From: a virus
IMG/VR virus record: IMGVR_UViG_3300025875_000007
Coordinates: 1 to 64,000 of that record
Direction: 5' to 3' (one strand)
DNA: 64,000 nucleotides
The notes below the pieces were generated by a model that was not told the DNA's origin, searched no databases, and saw nothing but the letters and a program-made list of their open reading frames with translations. Positions 34,239 to 43,762 of this stretch are shown here, piece after piece (position 1 is the stretch's first letter; each line of letters opens with the position of its first letter). The translations under genes were made by a program, and so were the position numbers.

Positions 34239-36437
34239 ATGAGTTCCTCACCGGTTAATGTATCATCATCTTCATCTGTATCTACTACAGACACCGTTGT
34301 TACCGGTTTGTCGCCAGTAGAGGTTGGTTCAGTAAATGTTGTACACACCAATGTCATTGACTTTGATGTGTATTCTGGTGAAAACGGCTTAATTCATATT
34401 CCATTTGAGTTTTCTGGAATTATGAGTCCTATATTTCCACCGCCAACCCAGCCTGTTGCTCTTGAACCTTTACCTAATCCAGACACGGCCCCTGTACTAG
34501 CTAAATCTAATACCGCTAGCGGTCATTTACTTCCCGGTAAGTATCGTTATTGTTATGCAGCGTGGAGAGGTGATAAACTACAAGCAACAGCACCCTCTCC
34601 AGTTGCTGAAATTACATTAACAACTGAGAATACGACCACTTTAGCCTATCCATCAATTCCTGGAGCGGACGGCTATCATGTTTATCGAGAGCAAGAACTT
34701 CATGTGTACACACCACCTCCGCCAGACGAAGAGCCCCCGCCGAGCGACGAGCCTGTCGATGAGCCTGGCGACCCGATCGTGACGGGTAACTGGGTGGATC
34801 GACCGGACCTTCCATTCGATGTTCCGGTCACATCCATTATGCGGTCTTCCACAAAGAAGTATTGGGCGCATTACTTCTTCACGTTCCCAGTTGCGTTCAC
34901 CTCAAATCAGGATAGCCCCACAGCTCCAGACGTAGATACTAGGCTTTATGCTGACGGTTCGCCGTACTCTACAGCAAACCAGTGGCATCGGTGGAATCCT
35001 CCATCTTATGGTTCGTATGCTGCTTACGGCGGCGAGGTTCGGGATCGTCCCGAATTCATGCGTCCGAAGCGACCTAAGGTCGAGTCGCCCACAAAGCCCG
35101 GTAAGATGCTAGATTTCCGAGTGCAGGATAAGATCACTGAAATTCGTCAGGCACAGGCAGCTGGTATTGATGGATTTACCCCCGACTGGCTCGACGTTCC
35201 TAAGACTGCTAAAGAGTATGACCTCAGCATCAAATCGTCTGATGGTGGAGCACCACATCGATGGCGGCAGATTATCGAGCTTTATGAGGCGTGTGCTGAG
35301 GTCAACAGGCAGGATGGACCGGGATCGTTTTATCTGGTTCCTATGCCTGATGGAACAACGCAGGCTACCTTAAACGCAACCAACTTGGCTAAGGCGATTC
35401 TGTACCTTCAGAAAAACTATCCTGGTGTGCATTACTTTAGGAATGGTAAATTAGTATTATCGCCATACTATCCTGAAAAGGCTCCGGATAAAACAGGTAC
35501 GGGTACGGTCCCCCTTAATTTCTGGAAGAGTGTCATCTCCACAATTAAGTCTGGCGGATATAGCACTTATTTCCTCCCTTGCTATCAAAACACATGGACT
35601 GCTGCAGCCCAGCAGCCAATGTTCAGGGGTATCACTAGTGGTATTTCTCAATGGGGAGATCGATCTCCTGCGCAATGTCGAGGTGAGAACTCTCGGAACC
35701 GCCTCATGCATCAGGTCATCAAGCGAGACTATCCCGGAAATGAATTTATGTGTCCGGTTGCTTTCCAGGACTTCCGTCCAAACCAGAAGAATTATTTCGA
35801 GAGCGACCATGCCGAGACGCTTCATGAATCATGGAAGACGGCAATCGGAGTTCCTGGAAGTACCAAGTACATTCCCGCACAGATGGTTCAGGTTCCGACC
35901 TGGAATGACTATGCTGAAGGTGCATATATTGCCCCAACGTATGCTCATGGTTGGGTCTTCCTAGATTTGTCTCTGTGGTATGCTATTCGTTGGAAGACCG
36001 GAAGCTATCCTAAGATTAACAAGGATGCTATCTATCTGACGCATCGAGTTCAGCCTACGGATAGTGACACTTCGACAACGATGAATTATACTGGTCCGCA
36101 GACAGCTTTTATGAAGAAGCGTTCTGATGGTATGACTGATCAAAACACCGTTAGTGTTGTTTGTTTCTTCAAAGCGGCAGATAATACGGTCATCTTTGAT
36201 ATTGGTGGTCGAACAGTAACTCGAACTGGAATTGGTTCGGGTCGGCAGGTTGTAAAAGTTCCGCTGCTGCCTATCGGCACGGGTCTTGTCAGCGTTAAGG
36301 CAATTCGGAACGGTTCGGAGATTGCTCGAGTTAGCTCCGCAGAGCGACGACGAGTCAAGACGACCAGGGTTGCTCAGGATCTTGGTTACTACGGCGCTAA
36401 GTCTTTACCGAATGCAAAAGTCAAGACGAGCGTTTAA
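34239..36437 (+). CDS. minor tail protein; possible glycoside-hydrolase/depolymerase domain
   Basis: FN3-like segment GKYRYCYAAW...GADGYHVYRE, a Pro-rich linker, and AAGIDGFTPDW that is reminiscent of GH71-type glycosidases (weak). Confidence 0.6.
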   Translation: MSSSPVNVSSSSSVSTTDTVVTGLSPVEVGSVNVVHTNVIDFDVYSGENGLIHIPFEFSGIMSPIFPPPTQPVALEPLPNPDTAPVLAKSNTASGHLLPGKYRYCYAAWRGDKLQATAPSPVAEITLTTENTTTLAYPSIPGADGYHVYREQELHVYTPPPPDEEPPPSDEPVDEPGDPIVTGNWVDRPDLPFDVPVTSIMRSSTKKYWAHYFFTFPVAFTSNQDSPTAPDVDTRLYADGSPYSTANQWHRWNPPSYGSYAAYGGEVRDRPEFMRPKRPKVESPTKPGKMLDFRVQDKITEIRQAQAAGIDGFTPDWLDVPKTAKEYDLSIKSSDGGAPHRWRQIIELYEACAEVNRQDGPGSFYLVPMPDGTTQATLNATNLAKAILYLQKNYPGVHYFRNGKLVLSPYYPEKAPDKTGTGTVPLNFWKSVISTIKSGGYSTYFLPCYQNTWTAAAQQPMFRGITSGISQWGDRSPAQCRGENSRNRLMHQVIKRDYPGNEFMCPVAFQDFRPNQKNYFESDHAETLHESWKTAIGVPGSTKYIPAQMVQVPTWNDYAEGAYIAPTYAHGWVFLDLSLWYAIRWKTGSYPKINKDAIYLTHRVQPTDSDTSTTMNYTGPQTAFMKKRSDGMTDQNTVSVVCFFKAADNTVIFDIGGRTVTRTGIGSGRQVVKVPLLPIGTGLVSVKAIRNGSEIARVSSAERRRVKTTRVAQDLGYYGAKSLPNAKVKTSV

Positions 36438-36440
36438 GTA

Positions 36441-36491
36441 ATTCAGAAGGAGGGTCTTCATATCTAAAAAGTGAAGACCCTCCTTCTGAAT
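36441..36491 (+). terminator. strong 20-bp hairpin (terminator candidate) inside the tail module
   Basis: ATTCAGAAGGAGGGTCTTCA (36441-36460) pairs perfectly with TGAAGACCCTCCTTCTGAAT (36472-36491) across an 11-nt loop, directly after the stop at 36437. Confidence 0.65.
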
Positions 36492-36543
36492 AATATTTAC
36501 TATGCCCATCACAACGTTCGGTAAAGTTTAGAGAGGTTCTATA

Positions 36544-39138
36544 GTGGAACTTATTGAAGTTACATATGCGTATGAAGGATCATTAGTTACCTCTGTAGAT
36601 ACGGGTATTTCGCCATTAGCTTATGAAGCTGATGGGTCTCAGATCAACCCTTATACCAATGTTGCATATCCGGTGGGCACCCTTCTAATTAATGATGAAA
36701 ATGGTATTCCCAGGATTTCGCAGATACCCTATTTGGCTGATGGTTCTCAACTTAACCCGCACACGGATGAACCATATCCAGTAGGTACCCTCTTAGTAAA
36801 TGATGTGTATGGGATTCCTCAAATAGTCTTTATGGCTGATGGTTCTCAAATTGATCCCACCACAAATGCTCCATATCCAGTGGGAACTTTGTTGGTAACT
36901 GACCTATACGGAGTACCTTATCCGGTCGGTTCTAATAAATTGGCTGGACCAATTATAACTGAAAACTCCACACAAACATGGGCTATTAATACGCAACCCC
37001 TCCGTAGAGAGTCTTTGATTTTTGATAGGCCTACAAAATTTGGACGATTTAAGCAGCCGATTGACTGGGCCCCCACTAATATAATTAGTGCGGACTGGGG
37101 TGTAATTCAAATTATTATCGACGGTATAGATGTTACATATTTCAGAGGGGTGCCTGCTGAAATGGGGCCTTGGTCGAGTAACGAGCCCAATGGAGATGCT
37201 GCGGCATCTATTTTCTTCTCTCAGATATCCTGGTGGGAGCGACCGGCCCACAACGACCTTACTTGGACACGACCTGGATCAGACGTCACTGTCCAGTTAG
37301 TTCGACCCGACGGCAGCACTAAGGTTCTCTTCGAGGGTATTCTTGTAGCGCATAAGTACTCGGGACAAGGTGTCGGAGTAAGCTACGATATTCTTGGCGT
37401 TCTATATCAAGCAGATCACACGCCTTATATTCAAGAGCTTTATAAGAAGAAGCGGGATATTGGTACAGCAATTGCCGATATTATGGACGGTACCGTTTCG
37501 CGTCACTTTGGTTTATGTAACCGCCCGGTAACGGGGATTATTACCGATATTCGTGGCTCGGGCGGCGGTCGTCTTACCCAAGGCGTGCAAGATATTCTTA
37601 GCACCGCGTGGACAGCCGATATTCACAACCAGTGGACGATTACTAATGAAGAGGGCCGCAAGCCCGTCATTAAGCTTAAGGATCGAGACACCCATCACTG
37701 GACTATGGCGATGGGTCATCCGGGCTTAGAGCTCGACATCACTAACGACACTCAAAATATTGTCAGTATGATTTGGGGTAGTGGAACCGGTCCCGAGGGC
37801 GACTCCTGGTTCAATGCTAAATATCCAGGAATTCGAATCGAAGAGGCTCCTGCATATCCTCAAGCTGCTGGTTCTACATTCACGGCGGGCGATGGTTCTA
37901 CCGGGTTCGATGAGTTCGCTGATGAGATGCGAACTCGGGGTTACACGATGTACTCGGGCGATACCTACGACCCTCGAGATGTGGATGAGGTAAAGGATGC
38001 TCAGCGTCGAGCGGGCATTCAGGTTGACGGTGTGGTTGGAGCTCAAACTTGGAATGCGTTATTTGGTGTTGGCGGAAATCACGTCAGTCTTAAAGGTGCT
38101 CATATCGCTCCAATCGCGGCGGTTACCGATAACATGGAGTTCCTCTATAGAGTTGATGGTTCTATAATCGGTCCTAACCCTGCCTACGATCGGAGTCGAC
38201 TTGCGATTGGTCGACTTATTGAGTACGGAGAGGTCAGTAAGGCTCAAGGTAGAGCGTTTGCTAACCGAGAGATTCAGCCTGCCCGAGAGTATGATCCTCA
38301 GTGGGTTGGTTCAGCGACGATCAACATGGATCCTGAGGAAGGATCTCGTTGGGAAATGCGAGCCGGACAAAATCTCTTTGTGAAGTATTTTCATCCTCCT
38401 CTGATGCAACTTGCTGAGGGCGTGGATGGGTTGCTGTTGCACATGAGTCAGGTCTCCGTTACACCGGGTGGTAGTGTCACAGCTCAGTTGTCATATTTGG
38501 CCCACGATATGACTACGCTATCTGCTCTTATGAAGCGCAACAAGAGCACGATTGATCCGGCTCGACGTACCAATCAGAATAGTCGTTCGTCCAAGGTGCA
38601 TCAGGACCGAATTATTCCATGGGATTCCGAAGCCGGTGGCGGTAAAATCCCCGTGCATAACTTGCAGGGAGGATTGTGGACCACCTTCCCAATCCCTGCT
38701 GGTGAATTGGGCACGATCAATAAAACAATGTATGTTTGCGCTACAACTTTGAGTTCTTCAGTTATTAATACTGCATTTCTTGCAGATGGAAGTTTGCCCG
38801 GAGGAAAGCGATTCTGTGTGGCAGTTTTCAATAAACCAGTCACCGCCAACTGGCTTGCTTCCGTGGTTGGAAATCCTCTTACAGCAGATGACATTTGGTC
38901 GAAGAAGGCTCCTCAGCTAGAAGCGGCGGGTTTAATCCAGGCCTTTGGAACTACCGGCCAAGCGGCTGGTTATTGGCCAGGACAGGAAACAAAGACCGAT
39001 CCTATAACAGGAAAGATGCTTGATGGCGCAACTTGGCCATGGGAATCTAAGTCGGCTCCATATCTGTTTATTGCTGAATTCTGCGAAGCTTCTACCAAAA
39101 TAGCAGGACTATTGCGGAATGCTCCCTTTGGAACCTAG
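36544..39138 (+). CDS. minor tail (tip) protein with N-terminal repeats and a PG_binding_1-like motif
   Basis: Three ~35-aa repeats ADGSQ(I/L)(N/D)P.T..(A/P)YPVGTLL(I/V).D..G(I/V)P (nt ~36628-36915). DAQRRAGIQVDGVVGAQTWNALF lies at ~37990-38070. Confidence 0.7.
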   Translation: MELIEVTYAYEGSLVTSVDTGISPLAYEADGSQINPYTNVAYPVGTLLINDENGIPRISQIPYLADGSQLNPHTDEPYPVGTLLVNDVYGIPQIVFMADGSQIDPTTNAPYPVGTLLVTDLYGVPYPVGSNKLAGPIITENSTQTWAINTQPLRRESLIFDRPTKFGRFKQPIDWAPTNIISADWGVIQIIIDGIDVTYFRGVPAEMGPWSSNEPNGDAAASIFFSQISWWERPAHNDLTWTRPGSDVTVQLVRPDGSTKVLFEGILVAHKYSGQGVGVSYDILGVLYQADHTPYIQELYKKKRDIGTAIADIMDGTVSRHFGLCNRPVTGIITDIRGSGGGRLTQGVQDILSTAWTADIHNQWTITNEEGRKPVIKLKDRDTHHWTMAMGHPGLELDITNDTQNIVSMIWGSGTGPEGDSWFNAKYPGIRIEEAPAYPQAAGSTFTAGDGSTGFDEFADEMRTRGYTMYSGDTYDPRDVDEVKDAQRRAGIQVDGVVGAQTWNALFGVGGNHVSLKGAHIAPIAAVTDNMEFLYRVDGSIIGPNPAYDRSRLAIGRLIEYGEVSKAQGRAFANREIQPAREYDPQWVGSATINMDPEEGSRWEMRAGQNLFVKYFHPPLMQLAEGVDGLLLHMSQVSVTPGGSVTAQLSYLAHDMTTLSALMKRNKSTIDPARRTNQNSRSSKVHQDRIIPWDSEAGGGKIPVHNLQGGLWTTFPIPAGELGTINKTMYVCATTLSSSVINTAFLADGSLPGGKRFCVAVFNKPVTANWLASVVGNPLTADDIWSKKAPQLEAAGLIQAFGTTGQAAGYWPGQETKTDPITGKMLDGATWPWESKSAPYLFIAEFCEASTKIAGLLRNAPFGT

Positions 39139-39216
39139 TGGGATTTCGGCCCTGCCCCTGCCGGATCTTCTATATATTAACTTATTTTCAAACTGCTATG
39201 GTCGGGAGGATTTCTA

Positions 39217-41100
39217 ATGGAGTGGGTCTATAACGCGTACTGGGGTACGCTCTGTGTTCATGTTGGCCCATACACAGGTGGCTCTTATCTGACCCCGCCT
39301 TCGGGACCACTTGAGTCTGGTACTGGAGAGTATTATCTTGTAGTTGCCGATCCGGCCACCGTTGAGGACCTTTCCTATGAGGGTTTTGGCGGAAGTATCT
39401 TCGCCGGTATTGGACAAGACGATTCAAAGCCCGAAGGATACTACACCTTCGACGACACCACTCCGGTTCCGGCGGGCTGGGATTTGTACATCATTTGGTA
39501 CGACGCGGGCTACAATGATCCGCCGTCTAATCCTCCGGACCCCACAACGTTATATTCTGCAGATCAAGCTGCGGGTGGTACACGAGCTGTGGGCGAGCCT
39601 CCTCCCCCGCCTCCAATTCCACCCGCTACTAATACAACCCCAGAGAAGGCTGCTGTAGCGGCCGATTTGTATCCCAATCCCGATCCTCCAACGAGAATTC
39701 ACAGCTACACCCTAGAGACCGCTGGCGTCACGTGGTGGGTTGTTCGATGCTATCCTCGTACAACCGACCCAGTTAGTGATGCATCTGGTGGCTTCACCGC
39801 CACGGTGCCCTCTGATGTTCAATTAACTGTGTGGCGAAGGAACGGATTGCCGCTGGGTGACGTCCCAGCAACCGAACCGATTGCTAGCGGGTCAGGTGCA
39901 GTTAGCGTACCCACATCTCCTGGCCAAGAGATGTACCTACTTCGAATTACGGGTAGCGGCGAGCGACGCGATGGTTTGATAATCGTTGGGCTTGGAATGA
40001 AGGTCGGACAGTATTGGGGAACGGCTGTCGATACCGACTGGCATATTGTTCCTGGCGAGCACACCGGCTGGGGACATATGTGGCCCGGCACGGAGTTCTA
40101 CGATGGATATGTCGGTTTTGTGGGTAGCTATATCGAAACTGGTTTGGTGGCGCATCAGGTTCACCGTCAGTTCGTTCACGATATCGGTCTTGATGGAACC
40201 ACTACGACTACCGATGGGACTAGTGAGCAAGCTCGCCAACTTGAGGATGGCGGCGCTAGTGTCTTTGTTCAGTCCAGTTTCGCAGAGGGTGGTTGGGGTC
40301 ACCTCGGTACTGAAGATCAAGGCTCAATTCATTATGATGACGCCACCGTTCAACATTACTGGAATATCGAGCTTGGAGCCCGTGCAGCAGACTTCATTAG
40401 GCGGGCCACCAATACTTCATGGACAGCTCCGCTAGACTGGGCCGAAATCATAGATATGCCAGCGGATTCTGAGGTCACATTTGATGATCTTAGTACTTAT
40501 CGTTGGGAAGCTGAGTATGACCTGGATTATTTTGAGTTGAATGAAAAAGTTCGACTTACTACCTATATGAAGGGTACTGGGTCTACGTATGGCGACAACC
40601 CTGTATACCATTACTGGACACGCGGTAAGATTGCCAACGATGATGGTCCGGGATATTTTGGACCTGACTCTGGGTACCACGACTTAGGTTACGTGAATGT
40701 AAGTCCAAACGCGGTTGCTTATGAAGAAAGTCACGGTCCAAACCAAATTCCACGTGGAGAACTCACGCTTCCTACGGAATATCCGCTCCGAACAGATTTG
40801 GATCGGGAAACATGGCGCGTTGCACCGAACAAGCACGCTGACGAGCGAGTAAACGAGTATGATCCTAGTCTGATTATCGGTCAGGGAATGGGTTGGGACG
40901 CCAAGTTTGTTATTCAGGTATATTTGATCTTGCGCATTCCGCGTTATCGCTTCCGGCTCTATTACATCGCTGGAAAGAAAGAAATCCCAATGCGTCAGCG
41001 CCATCGGGATGATGGACTAGCAACCGATGCTCGAGAGTTTAAAGGTCACGCTAGTTCTCAACAAGTTTCTAATCGTCGAGGCGGAAGGACATATTACTAA
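39217..41100 (+). CDS. minor tail / receptor-binding protein candidate
   Basis: 627 aa, last large gene of the tail block. GGGAGGA RBS. Confidence 0.6.
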   Translation: MEWVYNAYWGTLCVHVGPYTGGSYLTPPSGPLESGTGEYYLVVADPATVEDLSYEGFGGSIFAGIGQDDSKPEGYYTFDDTTPVPAGWDLYIIWYDAGYNDPPSNPPDPTTLYSADQAAGGTRAVGEPPPPPPIPPATNTTPEKAAVAADLYPNPDPPTRIHSYTLETAGVTWWVVRCYPRTTDPVSDASGGFTATVPSDVQLTVWRRNGLPLGDVPATEPIASGSGAVSVPTSPGQEMYLLRITGSGERRDGLIIVGLGMKVGQYWGTAVDTDWHIVPGEHTGWGHMWPGTEFYDGYVGFVGSYIETGLVAHQVHRQFVHDIGLDGTTTTTDGTSEQARQLEDGGASVFVQSSFAEGGWGHLGTEDQGSIHYDDATVQHYWNIELGARAADFIRRATNTSWTAPLDWAEIIDMPADSEVTFDDLSTYRWEAEYDLDYFELNEKVRLTTYMKGTGSTYGDNPVYHYWTRGKIANDDGPGYFGPDSGYHDLGYVNVSPNAVAYEESHGPNQIPRGELTLPTEYPLRTDLDRETWRVAPNKHADERVNEYDPSLIIGQGMGWDAKFVIQVYLILRIPRYRFRLYYIAGKKEIPMRQRHRDDGLATDAREFKGHASSQQVSNRRGGRTYY

Positions 41101-41633
41101 TGGCTCATGTAGCAAATGATGAGTACACTCCCCTTTTCAGCAATCGTGTGTACGATGTGCTGAAGTATATTGCGCTGGTCATTCTTCCCGCCGCAAGCGC
41201 TTTATATTTCGGGTTGGGTGAGATTTGGGACCTTCCCAAGGTCACCGAGGTTATCGGTACGATTTCTGTACTGGATACAGTTCTCGGTATGATTATTCGA
41301 TCCGATAACATTCGCTATCGAAATAGCGATGCTCGGTTTGACGGGAAGATTGCTGAGGTTGAGGTTAAGGGCGACAACAATTATTCGCTAGACGTCAAGG
41401 GTGATCCAGCAGAGGTTCTTGAGACTCAAGAAGAGGTTCTGCTTAAGGTCAGTCCGGAAGTGGCGCCAGTTGAGGTTGTTGAAACTCCTCCTTCGCCTAA
41501 GCCACCGCCTCGTAAGAGGGCTCCGCGTAAGAAGCCGGTGGTAGGAATTGCTCCGCCCGCTCCGGTCGAGCCTCCAGTTCCGGTGGTTTCTAAGAAAGTG
41601 ACACGCAAGGCTGCTCCGCGTAATCCTGAGTAG
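41100..41633 (+). CDS. holin (phage r1t holin family-like) with a Pro-rich tail
   Basis: FSNRVYDVLKYIALVILPAASALYFGLGEIWDLPKVTEVIGTISVLDTVLGMII matches my memory of the r1t-type holin pattern. Confidence 0.65.
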   Translation: MAHVANDEYTPLFSNRVYDVLKYIALVILPAASALYFGLGEIWDLPKVTEVIGTISVLDTVLGMIIRSDNIRYRNSDARFDGKIAEVEVKGDNNYSLDVKGDPAEVLETQEEVLLKVSPEVAPVEVVETPPSPKPPPRKRAPRKKPVVGIAPPAPVEPPVPVVSKKVTRKAAPRNPE

Positions 41634-41661
41634 GTCGCGATATTTACATCTCCTATAAAGG
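41634..41661 (+). promoter_or_regulatory. promoter-motif copy (GTCGCG-N14-TATAAA)
   Basis: TCGCG at 41635-41639, hexamer at 41654-41659, 29 nt before ATG 41688. Confidence 0.5.
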
Positions 41662-41687
41662 AAGCCCCCCTCTACGTTAGGAGAAAT

Positions 41688-41978
41688 ATGTTCAGCAAGA
41701 AGCCTTGCCCTGAAGAGACGGAGCTTAACACCGAGATCACTCGCGTGCTTGCCGTGCTTGCACGATGTGAGCCCGATTCCGACGAGTACACCAGCGCAGT
41801 CAAGAACCTCGCGACGCTGTACGCGCAGAAGGAGACCCTTCCTGTCACGCGCGTCAGCCCCGACACGTTCTGGACCGTCGTTGCCAACCTCGCCGGACTC
41901 GCTCTCGTCACGCAGTACGAGCGCGCGAACGTCCTCGGTGGTTACGCCATCAAGCTCGTCAGGCAGCTGAAGAACTGA
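41688..41978 (+). CDS. hypothetical protein (96 aa)
   Basis: Track ORF with an AGGAGA RBS. High GC3. Confidence 0.7.
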   Translation: MFSKKPCPEETELNTEITRVLAVLARCEPDSDEYTSAVKNLATLYAQKETLPVTRVSPDTFWTVVANLAGLALVTQYERANVLGGYAIKLVRQLKN

Positions 41979-42007
41979 GCAGTCCCCGCTAGACCCTTCC
42001 GAAGTCG

Positions 42008-42052
42008 GAGGGCACGCGAACCTTAAACAAGTTTGCGTGCCCTCTGATTTTC
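42008..42052 (+). terminator. intrinsic terminator
   Basis: GAGGGCACGC (42008-42017) pairs with GCGTGCCCTC (42035-42044), followed by TGATTTT. Confidence 0.7.
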
Positions 42053-42080
42053 GGTTGAATTACATATCCTCTAATTTTTG

Positions 42081-42108
42081 GTCGCGTGATATTCATCGCC
42101 TATAATGA
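42081..42108 (+). promoter_or_regulatory. promoter-motif copy
   Basis: GTCGCG-N14-TATAAT(42101-42106)-GA. Confidence 0.55.
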
Positions 42109-42137
42109 CCCGACTCCACCAATTCTAAGGAGATCCG

Positions 42138-42371
42138 ATGCACCCGACCCTCAAGGTTCTGGTGGCCATCTTCGTCACCACTCTTGCCAACCACAAGTTC
42201 TACCAGTACAAGCTTTCCATGCTCGACGACCTGCACCGCCAGGCCTCGATCAAGGAGTGCATGGAAGGGTGGACGCGCGGCTTCAAGGATGGTGAGCTGG
42301 AAGGCCGCCGGGCCATGTGGCTCGAACACCTGACCGATCCCAAGGCACCCTGGTACAAGTCCGAGTCCTAA
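42138..42371 (+). CDS. small protein (77 aa), N-terminal TM
   Basis: AAGGAGA RBS and its own motif promoter. Confidence 0.7.
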   Translation: MHPTLKVLVAIFVTTLANHKFYQYKLSMLDDLHRQASIKECMEGWTRGFKDGELEGRRAMWLEHLTDPKAPWYKSES

Positions 42372-42375
42372 GGCC

Positions 42376-42403
42376 GGAGCCCCTCACAAGGGCTCTAGTC
42401 TTT
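42376..42403 (+). terminator. conserved hairpin + TAGTCTTT module
   Basis: GAGCCC/GGGCTC stem, then TAGTCTTT at 42396-42403. Confidence 0.5.
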
Positions 42404-42429
42404 CGCGAGATATTCACGCCCTATAATGA
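42402..42429 (+). promoter_or_regulatory. promoter-motif copy
   Basis: TTCGCG-N14-TATAAT(42422-42427)-GA. Confidence 0.55.
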
Positions 42430-42454
42430 CCAGCCCTCAACCTCAGGAGTTCGC

Positions 42455-42565
42455 ATGAAGCTCAAGACCGTCCTCGTCAACCTCGGCGCCTTCGCCACCG
42501 TGTTCATCGCGGCCACCAAGGCGCTCGAGTACTTCGACAAGAAGAACAAGCTCCGCAACAACTGA
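42455..42565 (+). CDS. 36-aa membrane peptide
   Basis: CAGGAG RBS. MKLKTVLVNLGAFATVFIAATKALEYFDKKNKLRNN. It shares the stop of track ORF 42317..42565. Confidence 0.55.
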   Translation: MKLKTVLVNLGAFATVFIAATKALEYFDKKNKLRNN

Positions 42566-42585
42566 CCCGAGATCCGAGACCTCTG

Positions 42586-42616
42586 AAGTCTATGTAACCC
42601 ATAGGCTTTACGTCTT
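42586..42616 (+). terminator. conserved hairpin module
   Basis: AAGTCTATG/CATAGGCTT 9-bp stem, then TACGTCTT. Confidence 0.5.
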
Positions 42617-42642
42617 CGCGGATATTACACGGACTATAACGA
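42615..42642 (+). promoter_or_regulatory. promoter-motif copy
   Basis: TTCGCG-N14-TATAAC(42635-42640)-GA. Confidence 0.5.
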
Positions 42643-42668
42643 CCCCGCTCACAACATCAGGAGTAGAC

Positions 42669-42821
42669 ATGTTCGACCTGTCGCACCCCAAGTCCGTGAC
42701 CCTCATCGTGACGGTCAACCTCGACCCCGTTCCGGGTACCTTCCACACCCAGGAGAGTGCTCAGGAGGGCGTCCAGGCCATCCTCACCTCGATGATCCCG
42801 CACTACAAGCCCGACGTCTAG
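42669..42821 (+). CDS. 50-aa protein, hypothetical
   Basis: CAGGAG RBS then ATG 42669: MFDLSHPKSVTLIVTVNLDPVPGTFHTQESAQEGVQAILTSMIPHYKPDV. It is below the track cutoff. Confidence 0.5.
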   Translation: MFDLSHPKSVTLIVTVNLDPVPGTFHTQESAQEGVQAILTSMIPHYKPDV

Positions 42822-42854
42822 ATCCACCCGATGCACGCGTAGTCACAGACCTCT

Positions 42855-42879
42855 GAAGCCCTCATGGGTTTTAAGTCTT
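42855..42879 (+). terminator. weak hairpin + TAAGTCTT module
   Basis: GAAGCCC/GGGTTTT pair with wobbles, then AAGTCTT. Confidence 0.35.
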
Positions 42880-42880
42880 A

Positions 42881-42908
42881 TTCGCGAGAAAAACAAGCCC
42901 TATAATGA
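42881..42908 (+). promoter_or_regulatory. promoter-motif copy
   Basis: TTCGCG-N14-TATAAT(42901-42906)-GA. Confidence 0.55.
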
Positions 42909-42939
42909 CCCAACCACTACAACTGTTAGGAGCCCCACC

Positions 42940-43200
42940 GTGGACCTCAGCAGCAGCGTGATCATGCCTCGAGAAGACTTCATCGAGCTCACGACATGCG
43001 CCTTCAACCAGCCCCCCACGTCGCCCGCCGAGCGCGTCGCCGTCACCCTGCAGACCACCATCATCTTCGCAGGGATCGCCGCCGCCTTCAGCGGTGCCAC
43101 GTACGTCTGGTACCGGCTCATGTCGAAGCTCGAGTCGGAGAAGACCGAGAACGAGATCACCGTCATCGACGCCCGCGCCAACAGCTACAAGCAGCAGTAG
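42940..43200 (+). CDS. small membrane protein (86 aa)
   Basis: GTG after TAGGAG. TM VAVTLQTTIIFAGIAAAFSGATYVWY. Confidence 0.65.
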   Translation: MDLSSSVIMPREDFIELTTCAFNQPPTSPAERVAVTLQTTIIFAGIAAAFSGATYVWYRLMSKLESEKTENEITVIDARANSYKQQ

Positions 43201-43215
43201 ATCAGTCAAGACCCC

Positions 43216-43249
43216 GAGTCTATGCCCACCAGCATAGGCTCTAGGTCTT
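43216..43249 (+). terminator. conserved hairpin + TAGGTCTT module (repeat family copy A)
   Basis: GAGTCTATGC/GCATAGGCTC 10-bp stem. Confidence 0.55.
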
Positions 43250-43266
43250 CAAAATAGGAGTGTTTT

Positions 43267-43440
43267 ATGGCTGCATCCTTCGTCGATCCTAAACTTGATG
43301 AGTTCATAAAGTTCTTAGAAAGCCTTTCGGAAATTCCCCTGTCTCCTTGGCAAAAAGAGCTTGCAAAGGTGGTTTTAAGCGGTAAGAAGTTCCGCATCGT
43401 CCAAGGTCGCAAGGGATCGTACATCGTGACAGACGCGTAA
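43267..43440 (+). CDS. 57-aa protein, hypothetical (AT-richer insert, no motif promoter)
   Basis: TAGGAG RBS. MAASFVDPKLDEFIKFLESLSEIPLSPWQKELAKVVLSGKKFRIVQGRKGSYIVTDA. Confidence 0.45.
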   Translation: MAASFVDPKLDEFIKFLESLSEIPLSPWQKELAKVVLSGKKFRIVQGRKGSYIVTDA

Positions 43441-43459
43441 CTTTCACGCCCTATAGTGA
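43432..43459 (+). promoter_or_regulatory. promoter-motif copy (ACGCG variant)
   Basis: ACGCG(43433-43437)-N14-TATAGT(43452-43457)-GA. Confidence 0.45.
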
Positions 43460-43494
43460 AAGACCCATCGCCATCCCGACAGAAAGAAGTCGTC

Positions 43495-43719
43495 ATGACC
43501 ATGTTCGCCAAGCTCATCACCGAAGCCACCATCGAGGAGATCACCGAGACCAACGACGGTGTGCGCCCCGCCGACGAGACCCTGAACAACAACACGTTCT
43601 ACGTCTACCCGGACGCGCACACCGACGCCCACGCGGAGATCCTCACCCGAGCCGCCTTCGGCAAGAAGTACGCCTGGCACGACGTCAACTCGACCGACAA
43701 CATCGTCGTCCCGCGCTAG
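43495..43719 (+). CDS. small acidic protein (74 aa)
   Basis: ATG 43495 within track ORF 43456... AGAAAGAAG lies upstream. Confidence 0.6.
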   Translation: MTMFAKLITEATIEEITETNDGVRPADETLNNNTFYVYPDAHTDAHAEILTRAAFGKKYAWHDVNSTDNIVVPR

Positions 43720-43732
43720 TCCTTCACCAAGG

Positions 43733-43760
43733 CTAGGCCCCCTCCAGGGGCTTTAGTCTT
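43733..43760 (+). terminator. conserved hairpin + TTAGTCTTT (part of an exact 48-nt repeat)
   Basis: GCCCC/GGGGC stem. Positions 43721-43768 are identical to 44038-44085. Confidence 0.5.
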
Positions 43761-43762
43761 TG

